Shown: positions 1-6,172 of the stretch, in pieces
Position numbering within the stretch: the first letter of the stretch is position 1
Layout: every line of letters starts with the position of its first letter
Position numbers and translations under genes: made by a program
Notes under the pieces: model-generated
Told to the model about the DNA's origin: nothing
The model's database searches: none
Seen by the model: only the letters and a program-made list of their open reading frames with translations
Assembly (NCBI GenBank): GCA_964465775.1
Contig: CAYXLQ010000011.1
Span: 1 to 26,385, forward strand
Length of the DNA stretch: 26,385 nucleotides
DNA from: an uncultured Clostridiaceae bacterium
GTDB taxonomy: Bacteria > Bacillota > Clostridia > TANB77 > CAG-465
Reading direction: 5' to 3'

Positions 1-104
1 AAGGTGTCTTTTTTTTAGCTAATTTTCTGTGACATATGTATTATAACTCTATATTCTTTAATATATTAATAAAAACATATGCATTTAAATATATGCAAAC
101 AAAA

Positions 105-134
105 GAAACAGATAAGTTTTCACCTATCTGTTTC
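105..134 (-). terminator. Rho-independent terminator downstream of the HAD hydrolase gene
   Basis: Perfect 10-bp stem gaaacagata / tatctgtttc with a 10-nt loop. Read on the minus strand it is followed by TTTTGTTTG, and it lies just after the stop at 141. Confidence 0.55.
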
Positions 135-140
135 AAGCAG

Positions 141-812
141 TTATAAAAAATCAAGTATATGAATTAAATCTTCTACATCAATATCTGCTTTTATTTTTGC
201 ATTCTCTGGATATTTCACATTAAATCCTATAACATTTATACCTGCCTTTTTGGCACCAACTATATCTGAGTTGTATCCATCTCCAATCATTATTGCATTA
301 CTTGGTTCTATATAATTAAGAGCACGCTTATACGCGAGTTTATTAGTTTTAGGATAATATCCATCCCAACAGTATAATCTTTCAAAATATTGACTTAATT
401 CTAACCTTTTTAATGTTCTCAATTGATGTTCAAAAAACCAATCAGAAACAGCAATAATTTGATAGCCTTTTCTATATATGCCATTCAACAATTCCTTAGA
501 GCCTTTCATTCTTATGGAGGTATTAACCTCTTCTATTCCTCTCAAAACATCTGTTCCTTTAAGTCTATATTGTCTAAGAGATGGCATTATCATTTCTATT
601 ATTAACCCAAACCGCTCCTTACCCATGCGCATGCTAGGATATATATGCTTGCTGTTTTCCCTAAACATTATTTCCAATTCATTGTCAAATCTTGCATCGT
701 TTTTTATTCCTAAATGTTCTGCTATAAGCTGCCTTTCTAATTTTTCTTGATGTTTGACAATAGTATTGTCCAAATCTAACATTACTAGCTTTATATCTTG
801 AAACATAGTCAT
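141..812 (-). CDS. HAD-superfamily hydrolase (phosphatase-like)
   Basis: 223-aa ORF. It has the N-terminal nucleophile motif VMLDLDNT (DxDxT) and the C-terminal motif IGDGYNSDI (GDxxxD), typical of haloacid dehalogenase-like hydrolases. Confidence 0.8.
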   Translation of the reverse strand: MTMFQDIKLVMLDLDNTIVKHQEKLERQLIAEHLGIKNDARFDNELEIMFRENSKHIYPSMRMGKERFGLIIEMIMPSLRQYRLKGTDVLRGIEEVNTSIRMKGSKELLNGIYRKGYQIIAVSDWFFEHQLRTLKRLELSQYFERLYCWDGYYPKTNKLAYKRALNYIEPSNAIMIGDGYNSDIVGAKKAGINVIGFNVKYPENAKIKADIDVEDLIHILDFL

Positions 813-879
813 GGCTTCATCTCCTTTATAGTATTTTCCGTTATTATATCATCAGAGTTTGGTTATGTCAATTTGAATA

Positions 880-907
880 AATAAAAGAAGCGTCACCTTA
901 CGCTTCC
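880..907 (-). terminator. Rho-independent terminator after the spoVM-like ORF
   Basis: The minus strand reads ggaagcgt-aaggtg-acgcttc followed by ttttatttatt. It starts 8 nt after the stop codon at 915-917. Confidence 0.5.
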
Positions 908-914
908 ATATGTA

Positions 915-983
915 TTATATTTTAAATATAGTTTTTAATACAATTTTCATGAATTTTCCAGGTTTTATAACGACAACTTTCAT
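915..983 (-). CDS. spoVM: 22-aa SpoVM-like sporulation peptide (not in the ORF track, below size cutoff)
   Basis: ATG at 983 is preceded by GAGGAGGGG with a 5-nt spacer. Translation is MKVVVIKPGKFMKIVLKTIFKI. This resembles the B. subtilis SpoVM pattern MK-x3-IK-x2-KF-x2-I(V/L) in an amphipathic short peptide. A terminator follows directly. Confidence 0.55.
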   Translation of the reverse strand: MKVVVIKPGKFMKIVLKTIFKI

Positions 984-995
984 ATAACCCCTCCT

Positions 996-1148
996 CTAAC
1001 ATATCAGCCAGACTATGCCTAGCCATATTAGCGCTGCTGCAAAAGCTAATACCCAAGTCCATAGAGGCAAAAATATAGCAATTACTGCTCCTATTCCAAA
1101 AGCAATCAAAAATAATCCTATTGTTCTACGAAAAGCACAAAAAAACAC
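996..1148 (-). CDS. 50-aa hydrophobic small membrane protein (GTG start), upstream of and probably co-transcribed with the spoVM-like ORF
   Basis: GGAGGT (1154-1159) lies 5 nt upstream of GTG at 1148. Translation is MFFCAFRRTIGLFLIAFGIGAVIAIFLPLWTWVLAFAAALIWLGIVWLIC, giving two predicted TM helices. The stop is 12 nt before the next ATG. It is below the ORF-track cutoff. Confidence 0.45.
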   Translation of the reverse strand: MFFCAFRRTIGLFLIAFGIGAVIAIFLPLWTWVLAFAAALIWLGIVWLIC

Positions 1149-1162
1149 TTTTTACCTCCTTA

Positions 1163-1191
1163 TTGACATTAATAATGAAAAAATATATACT
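1163..1191 (+). promoter_or_regulatory. Sigma-A type promoter for nth
   Basis: TTGACA (1163-1168), 17-nt spacer, TATACT (1186-1191), about 45 nt upstream of the nth start. Confidence 0.5.
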
Positions 1192-1241
1192 AGTACTAGT
1201 TTTAATATATAGTATGAAAAAATTAAAAAAAGGTGATTGAA

Positions 1242-1904
1242 GTGATTATAAAAAATAAATTTGATAAAGAATTACTTAATAAAAAACAAATAACAGAAGT
1301 TGTCAATATACTTGAAAAAGAATACAAAGGTGCAACATGTGGACTTGATTATAACAATGCTTTTGAATTACTTGTAGCTCTTATTTTAGCAGCTCAATGT
1401 ACTGATTTAAGAGTAAATAAAATTAGACCCATCCTATTTGATAGATTTAAAGATGTCTATGAAATGTCTAAAGCAGATCCTAAAGAAATCAGTAAAATTA
1501 TTCATTCATGTGGCTTTTATAACAATAAAACAAAAAGCATTTTAGAATCCTCAAATTTGATTGTATTGAAACATAACGGAAAAGTACCGAGCAATATGGA
1601 AGACCTTACAGAACTTGCTGGCATAGGAAGAAAGAGTGCAAACATTATTTTGCAAGAATGTTTTGATGTTTCTGTTGGAATAGCAGTAGATACGCATGTT
1701 GGTAGAATCTCTAAAAGATTAGGTATTACTAATAGTATTAACCCTATTATAATTGAACGAGATCTAATGGAAAAACTATCAAAAAACTTATGGGATAAAA
1801 TTAATCATATCTTAGTGAGTCATGGTAGAGCTATCTGTGATGCTAAAAAACCAAAATGTGATAAGTGCATGGTAAATCATATTTGTAAATATTATAATTC
1901 TTAA
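1242..1904 (+). CDS. nth: Endonuclease III (DNA glycosylase/AP lyase)
   Basis: It has the HhH-GPD motif LTELAGIGRKSANIIL, a catalytic-region VDTHV, and a C-terminal 4Fe-4S ligand pattern CDAKKPKCDKCMVNHIC (C-x6-C-x2-C-x5-C). The ORF track starts at GTG 1233. I prefer GTG 1242 because GGTGA lies 5 nt upstream of it. Confidence 0.9.
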   Translation: MIIKNKFDKELLNKKQITEVVNILEKEYKGATCGLDYNNAFELLVALILAAQCTDLRVNKIRPILFDRFKDVYEMSKADPKEISKIIHSCGFYNNKTKSILESSNLIVLKHNGKVPSNMEDLTELAGIGRKSANIILQECFDVSVGIAVDTHVGRISKRLGITNSINPIIIERDLMEKLSKNLWDKINHILVSHGRAICDAKKPKCDKCMVNHICKYYNS

Positions 1905-1963
1905 AAAAATATCAATTAATTTTTAGATTTTTAAATTTATTATTAATAAATTAATAATAAAAC

Positions 1964-1998
1964 AATCTCTAATGCTTTTTGCATTAGAGATTATTTTG
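1964..1998. terminator. Bidirectional rho-independent terminator between convergent nth and the repeat-protein gene
   Basis: Perfect 12-bp stem aatctctaatgc / gcattagagatt with loop ttttt. It is followed by ATTTTG on the plus strand and GTTTTATT on the minus strand. Confidence 0.65.
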
Positions 1999-2042
1999 AG
2001 ATATATATCACAAAATTCTTGATAATAAGTATATTTATAATA

Positions 2043-2264
2043 CTAATCATCAGGATCTGTGAGTATACCTCTAGAATCGAAGTATTTTTCACCAGGCTGT
2101 GTAAGAATACCCTTACCATCAAAAAATGCTTCACCAGGTTGTGTAAGGATACCCTTACCATCATAGAAAGCCCCTCCATCTTTTGTAAGATGCCCCTTAC
2201 TATCAAAAAAACTGTCTCCCGAATTAGTAAGGCAATCCTTTCCATCAAAAAATTTTTTTGACAT
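2043..2264 (-). CDS. 73-aa protein composed of MSK plus five tandem 14-residue repeats (consensus x-F/Y-F/Y-D-G/S-K/R-G-x-L-T-x-x-G-D/E)
   Basis: Good RBS (GAGAGGAAGG) 6 nt before the ATG. A strong promoter lies upstream and a terminator downstream. The repeat periodicity is exact (3 + 5x14 = 73). The core F/Y-D-x-K/R-G-x-L-T resembles the YD/RHS repeat core YDxxGRL(T/I). Confidence 0.6.
   Translation of the reverse strand: MSKKFFDGKDCLTNSGDSFFDSKGHLTKDGGAFYDGKGILTQPGEAFFDGKGILTQPGEKYFDSRGILTDPDD
2046..2255 (-). repeat. Five tandem 42-bp coding repeats
   Basis: Example: caccaggctgtgtaagaatacccttaccatcaaaaaatgctt versus caccaggttgtgtaaggatacccttaccatcatagaaagccc. The repeats correspond one-to-one with the 14-aa protein repeats. 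Confidence 0.85.
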
Positions 2265-2306
2265 AATTAGCCTTCCTCTCTAAAATTATTTAGCAAATTA
2301 TACTTT

Positions 2307-2347
2307 TACTATGATTTATAGTATATCATAGTAATTAATTATGTCAA
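2307..2347 (-). promoter_or_regulatory. Promoter of the repeat-protein gene with an overlapping operator-like palindrome
   Basis: On the minus strand: TTGACA (2342-2347), 16-nt spacer, TGaTATACT extended -10 (-10 at 2320-2325). A perfect 9-bp inverted repeat TACTATGAT-n9-ATCATAGTA (2307-2333) overlaps the -10 and the start region. Confidence 0.4.
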
Positions 2348-2442
2348 TATCTTTGGTATTTTTTTACAACAAATTCAACATAATATATAATATTTAAAAC
2401 AGGACATTCTAGTATAATGAATTGATATTATATTTTATAACC

Positions 2443-3570
2443 TTACTTTCCTATTTTATATCTATATATATTCTTTAATATTCTTTCTTTTGGAGTAAAG
2501 AAATTCCAAATCAACTCTGACTTTTGTAATGGATTCATACAGTATTTAACAAGTATATTTTTTCTCACATCATAATCAATTCCCGTGTTTTTTAAATATT
2601 TGCAAGTAAATAATCTGCAAGAAATACATTTTATATTACAACTTTTATCATTAAGGTGTTCACATTTTTCTTTTTTAGAAATGTTAAAACAGCAGCCATC
2701 AAATTTGTTTTCTGGCCATTTTTCATTTTCTCTCTGAGCTATGCATTTATCATTTTCAAAAAGACAATAATTATATTTATTTATATCAATTTCTAATTTT
2801 TCGCATAATAAATCGTATACATATTCGTATCTTTCAGATTTACTTGAATACATTAATAATTGAATTACTTCACTAAGCTCTTTAATATAATTAATGTTAA
2901 TCTCAGAATGGCTATAAATATTTGCTATTAATTCGCCTTCTTTGGTTTCTTCTATCTTAAGTAAATCATCCATTTTCCTTATCAGTGGCATTAGTTTAAG
3001 CTTTCTGTTATCTTCTTTTTTACTGTTTTCTTTTAAACTAATTAAAACTATTTCTTTAACTTTTACTGATGGGTTTTTCTTCAATTCCTTCAAACTTACT
3101 TTATCAAAATTATTAAACATACGAGTTATATTGTTTTCTAATATAACATCCCAGTTATACCATTCCTCTATGGCATTAATGTTAATATCTAAAAAAACAC
3201 CATTACTATTGTTTCCCAATAACCTTTTTAATGATTTGATTTTTTTTATACTTTCTATCGTTAATATATTTACTCCCATATTCATACATAGAGTCTTTAG
3301 TCTTTTATATCTATCATCATAAATATTAGTTATTTCTATTATAGTTTTATTATCTTTTTTACATTGTTCTACAATATCTTTAATGTCTGCTTGAAACATA
3401 CATTTGTTTTTTAATATATACTCATTAACATCATTGCTTTTTTCTGATAAATAATATTGAACATATAAGTTATATAAAAACTTACAAGACTCTTCATCTA
3501 CTGATTTAATGTAGTTAATTTTATCAGTAAATTCATCACTAAACATTTCATTTTTATCCATACTACACAT
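2443..3570 (-). CDS. Hypothetical 375-aa protein with a Cys-rich C-terminal domain (weak resemblance to the YkgJ/CxxCxxCC zinc- or iron-chelating family)
   Basis: Long ORF with GGAGA 4 nt upstream of the ATG. The C-terminus reads CLFENDKCIAQ...DGCCFNISKKEKCEHLNDKSCNIKCISCRLFTCKYL, which recalls the GxCC ... C-x-I-x ... CR-x-F-x-C layout of PF03692-type proteins. The N-terminal 260 aa has no motif I recognise. Confidence 0.6.
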   Translation of the reverse strand: MCSMDKNEMFSDEFTDKINYIKSVDEESCKFLYNLYVQYYLSEKSNDVNEYILKNKCMFQADIKDIVEQCKKDNKTIIEITNIYDDRYKRLKTLCMNMGVNILTIESIKKIKSLKRLLGNNSNGVFLDININAIEEWYNWDVILENNITRMFNNFDKVSLKELKKNPSVKVKEIVLISLKENSKKEDNRKLKLMPLIRKMDDLLKIEETKEGELIANIYSHSEININYIKELSEVIQLLMYSSKSERYEYVYDLLCEKLEIDINKYNYCLFENDKCIAQRENEKWPENKFDGCCFNISKKEKCEHLNDKSCNIKCISCRLFTCKYLKNTGIDYDVRKNILVKYCMNPLQKSELIWNFFTPKERILKNIYRYKIGK

Positions 3571-3662
3571 GCTATCTCCTAATATTAGTAGTATACTTTA
3601 AATTTAAGCTTTTGTAAATGTATATTGTGTTTTAATATATATTGCTAAAAATTGTTTTAATA

Positions 3663-3737
3663 TGGCTGGGGTACTAGGATTCGAACCTAGGAATATCGGA
3701 ATCAGAATCCGATGCCTTACCACTTGGCGATATCCCA
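3663..3737 (-). tRNA. tRNA-Gln (anticodon CUG), 75 nt with encoded CCA
   Basis: The reverse complement is TGGGATATCGCCAAGTGGTAAGGCATCGGATTCTGATTCCGATATTCCTAGGTTCGAATCCTAGTACCCCAGCCA. It has a 7-bp acceptor stem (single A5/C68 mismatch), a 3-bp D stem and an anticodon stem TCGGA/TCCGA with loop TTCTGAT. The T arm is CTAGG-TTCGAAT-CCTAG, with discriminator G and U1-A72, as in bacterial tRNA-Gln. Confidence 0.9.
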
Positions 3738-3739
3738 AT
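3696..3739. repeat. Left att-type direct repeat (inside the intact tRNA-Gln)
   Basis: tcggaatcagaatccgaTgccttaccacttggcgataTcccaat versus 7300-7343 tcggaatcagaatccgaAgccttaccacttggcgataCcccaat. Confidence 0.85.
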
Positions 3740-3907
3740 TTATATTAAAATCATAGAATCCTTATGTAGCAACACTTTCGTGGCTTTATTTTTCTTTTTT
3801 AACATACCCATTCTTACATTTTGAAAGTAAAAAGGGCATCGGATTCGTAACCATATAATATCACATATTTTTACAAAAGTCTATACATTTTTAATCACTT
3901 ATTTTGT

Positions 3908-3930
3908 CAGTTGGCGCGCGCACCATAAAA
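3908..3930. repeat. Left arm of a GC-rich inverted repeat (cagttggcgcgcgcaccataaaa)
   Basis: Its reverse complement matches 6033-6055 at 20 of 23 positions, including an 11-nt perfect core cgcgccaactg. A core this GC-rich is very unlikely to recur by chance in DNA this AT-rich. Confidence 0.7.
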
Positions 3931-3964
3931 CAAAGAAAAATCAAATATTCAACTTTTGAGTGCG

Positions 3965-3999
3965 AAAAAAAGCAATAGGTTTTCTATTGCTTTTTAATT
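3965..3999. terminator. Bidirectional hairpin terminator in the island's non-coding left end
   Basis: 10-bp stem aaagcaatag / ctattgcttt with loop gtttt, flanked by an A6 run upstream and TTTTTAATTT downstream. Confidence 0.5.
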
Positions 4000-4210
4000 T
4001 ATACGCTTAACTCCTTATCAAGTTTTTCTGTTAGAACAACATATTTTTTAGGATTTTCTATATTAAATCTTACTTTCAAAGATGTAATATTTAGTTCTTT
4101 TAGTGTTTTATCTAAGCAAGGTTCAAAAGAGTTTATACTACTAAATATCTATACAATTAACCAATATATGGTAATATTATGGCGTAATTTGTAGAAAGGA
4201 ATTGATAATT

Positions 4211-4462
4211 ATGAAAATAACATTAGACACTGAAACAAATGAAACACTTTGTCCTCCTGAATTCTTTGCATATATTAGAAGTATTAACGATGCAGCAGAA
4301 TTGACAGGTGGCAAAAATACACTTACACCTGAAGCCTATTTAGACAAACTTGTAAAAGACTGCTCTAAGAAAATTGTAAATAAAAGAGAAAAAGCAAAAA
4401 CAAGAGCAAGAAATTCAAAAGCAAGTAGAAGTAATAAAATGAGAACAATACTTGGTGCATAA
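4211..4462 (+). CDS. Hypothetical 83-aa protein with a Lys/Arg-rich C-terminal tail (possible small DNA-binding or excisionase-like protein; function unknown)
   Basis: The ORF track starts at TTG 4202. ATG 4211 is preferred because AAAGGA lies about 10 nt upstream. The sequence MKITLDTETNETLCPPEFF... ends in KREKAKTRARNSKASRSNKMR. Confidence 0.5.
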   Translation: MKITLDTETNETLCPPEFFAYIRSINDAAELTGGKNTLTPEAYLDKLVKDCSKKIVNKREKAKTRARNSKASRSNKMRTILGA

Positions 4463-4504
4463 AAACAAAATACGACATTGTTTTCATATATTATATGGTT
4501 GAAT

Positions 4505-4537
4505 ATAGGTAGGCACACAAATATGCCTATCTATTTT
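4505..4537 (+). terminator. Possible weak terminator/hairpin between orf83 and the xre gene
   Basis: 10-bp stem ataggtaggc / gcctatctat (one G-U pair) with a 10-nt loop, followed by TTTTAT. Confidence 0.3.
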
Positions 4538-4557
4538 ATATAAAGGAATATTTAATT

Positions 4558-4776
4558 ATGAATGAAATTATAAGATATTTAAGAGTTATAAAAGGTTTAT
4601 CACAACAAGACATTGCAGACTATTTATCAGTCTGCCAAAAAACATATTCAGACTATGAAACAGGCAACACAAGAATACCTTTGGAAAGTCTTATTAAACT
4701 TGCTAGACTTTATAATGTAGATATGAACTACATAACAGGAATAAGCAAACAAGTCAAAACTTTTCCAACAGAATAA
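4558..4776 (+). CDS. XRE-family helix-turn-helix transcriptional regulator
   Basis: 72 aa. LSQQDIADYLSVCQKTYSDYETGNTRIPLESLIKLARLYNVDMNYITG is the classic Cro/C1-type HTH_3 pattern. Confidence 0.85.
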   Translation: MNEIIRYLRVIKGLSQQDIADYLSVCQKTYSDYETGNTRIPLESLIKLARLYNVDMNYITGISKQVKTFPTE

Positions 4777-4833
4777 AATAAGACATCTCATACCTCTTTT
4801 AGTGTGTGTAAGGCAATGAAATGTCTTAACTTT

Positions 4834-5868
4834 TTATATTCTATTTTTCCTAATATCTTCTAAATGGTCTTGAAAAGTTCTTCCATATCTTGATGTTGTT
4901 GTAGATGTTGATACTACATCTTTTATTATTATATTCTCTCTTACTGATGAAAGTTTTTGCATAGTTTCAGCTATTAAAGGCTCTCCTAAATCAAACAATT
5001 CACAGTTTTTATTTTTTAATCTTACGCATAAATAATAATATTTTAAACCAAATAAATTTTTAATAGTAAGCACTAATTTATTTACTTCTATTATATCATC
5101 TAATAATATTACAATATCATCATTAGAAACAAGAAAATTTGATGTAATTACAATCTTATTATTACTATATAAAATATCTTGCTTACTCATTTCTTCATCT
5201 GCTAATTTTAGAAATCTTTCTGCTTCTCCTGCTCCATGTATATCTACTAGATTTGATACTTCTTCACTCTCAATAGGAGATATAACATTTTTAGATGATT
5301 TTATTATGTACCAAATCAATCCTATAAATATTAAAGGAAGATACAGCCAAGTATTTCCCCAAGGTGATTCATTTGATACTCTACTTACTTCATTATAATA
5401 CTTGTATGCATATGTTTTATTAACACCAGCTGATATATTATTACTATTTTTAATAATATCATCGATCAACTTATATTCTGCCTTATAATGCTCCCTATTT
5501 GTAATTTCTGTAAATTTTAATGTACTAAAATTAATAGTTCTTATTTCATTTAAATCAAGATTTCTATATTCATTCATATCAATTTTCATATCTACACAAA
5601 ATAAATATCCATCTTTTTCAATTCCTAAAACAACTATACTTTGATTTTCTATAACTTTTAGTTCATATACTTTTGCATCTTTAACATCAAACTCAAAAAC
5701 ACGATGCCCTTTATCATATAAACTATCTAATACTAACACACTATCTATTTTGTATTTATTCATATATGTAAAAATAATTGTTAATGGAATAATTGCAATA
5801 ATTATCATAATTAATAGACCTACAACAAAACTTCTATTTTTCTTTTTTATATTACCTAATATACTCAT
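4834..5868 (-). CDS. Two-TM membrane protein of unknown function (island cargo)
   Basis: 344 aa. It has a basic N-terminus then TM1 (about residues 14-35), a beta-rich ~140-aa segment predicted extracytoplasmic, then TM2 (LYLPLIFIGLIWYII) and a ~150-aa cytoplasmic C-terminal domain. RBS is GAGAGG. I recognise no catalytic motif. Confidence 0.65.
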   Translation of the reverse strand: MSILGNIKKKNRSFVVGLLIMIIIAIIPLTIIFTYMNKYKIDSVLVLDSLYDKGHRVFEFDVKDAKVYELKVIENQSIVVLGIEKDGYLFCVDMKIDMNEYRNLDLNEIRTINFSTLKFTEITNREHYKAEYKLIDDIIKNSNNISAGVNKTYAYKYYNEVSRVSNESPWGNTWLYLPLIFIGLIWYIIKSSKNVISPIESEEVSNLVDIHGAGEAERFLKLADEEMSKQDILYSNNKIVITSNFLVSNDDIVILLDDIIEVNKLVLTIKNLFGLKYYYLCVRLKNKNCELFDLGEPLIAETMQKLSSVRENIIIKDVVSTSTTTSRYGRTFQDHLEDIRKNRI

Positions 5869-6032
5869 ATACTCTTACCTCTCGTTTTACTACACTGACA
5901 TAGTAACACATTATGAAAAACTATTCAATCTGTTTCAAAATATTAGTTATTAAATGAATTGAATTTTGTATTATATAGTTCTACATTTTTTGTTCTTTTA
6001 TTAAAAGCATATTGTGGCTTATTTAACAAAAT

Positions 6033-6055
6033 TTTTATGGTAATCGCGCCAACTG
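6033..6055. repeat. Right arm of the GC-rich inverted repeat (ttttatggtaatcgcgccaactg)
   Basis: Reverse complement of 3908-3930 with 3 mismatches. Confidence 0.7.
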
Positions 6056-6172
6056 TTTCAAATTCAATAGGCTTACCTTTATTTCTTTCAAGAGTTGTTA
6101 ATAGTTCACTTATTTTTTATCAATTATCATTTTATATCTCCATTCTTTTTAAATTGCCCCTCTTTATATTTA

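Noticed and set aside
423-750. Plus-strand ORFs 423..605 and 478..750
   Set aside because: They are antisense to the well-supported HAD hydrolase gene. Their composition is low-complexity and hydrophobic, typical of shadow ORFs in AT-rich DNA, and they lack an RBS.
1015-1212. 65-aa plus-strand ORF
   Set aside because: It has no RBS and overlaps two minus-strand small ORFs that have strong Shine-Dalgarno sites and a terminator. It also runs through the nth promoter.
2046-2255. Possibility that the tandem 42-bp repeats are a CRISPR-like or non-coding array
   Set aside because: The repeats are contiguous without spacers, keep one reading frame, and vary mostly at positions giving conservative amino-acid changes. 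They are a coding tandem repeat.
1991-2261. ORFs 1991..2248 (-) and 2019..2261 (+) overlapping the repeat-protein gene
   Set aside because: They are alternative frames of the same 42-bp repeats. Only the 2043..2264 frame has an RBS and promoter, an exact 14-residue periodicity from start to stop, and a non-junk composition.
3999-4148. 49-codon open frame on the minus strand (..SFEPCLDKTLKELNITSLKVRFNIENPKKYVVLTEKLDKELSV*) ending just before the 3969-3993 terminator
   Set aside because: It has a protein-like composition and a terminator, but no ATG or GTG and no RBS. The only TTG lacks a Shine-Dalgarno site. At best it is a gene remnant, so it is not reported as a feature.
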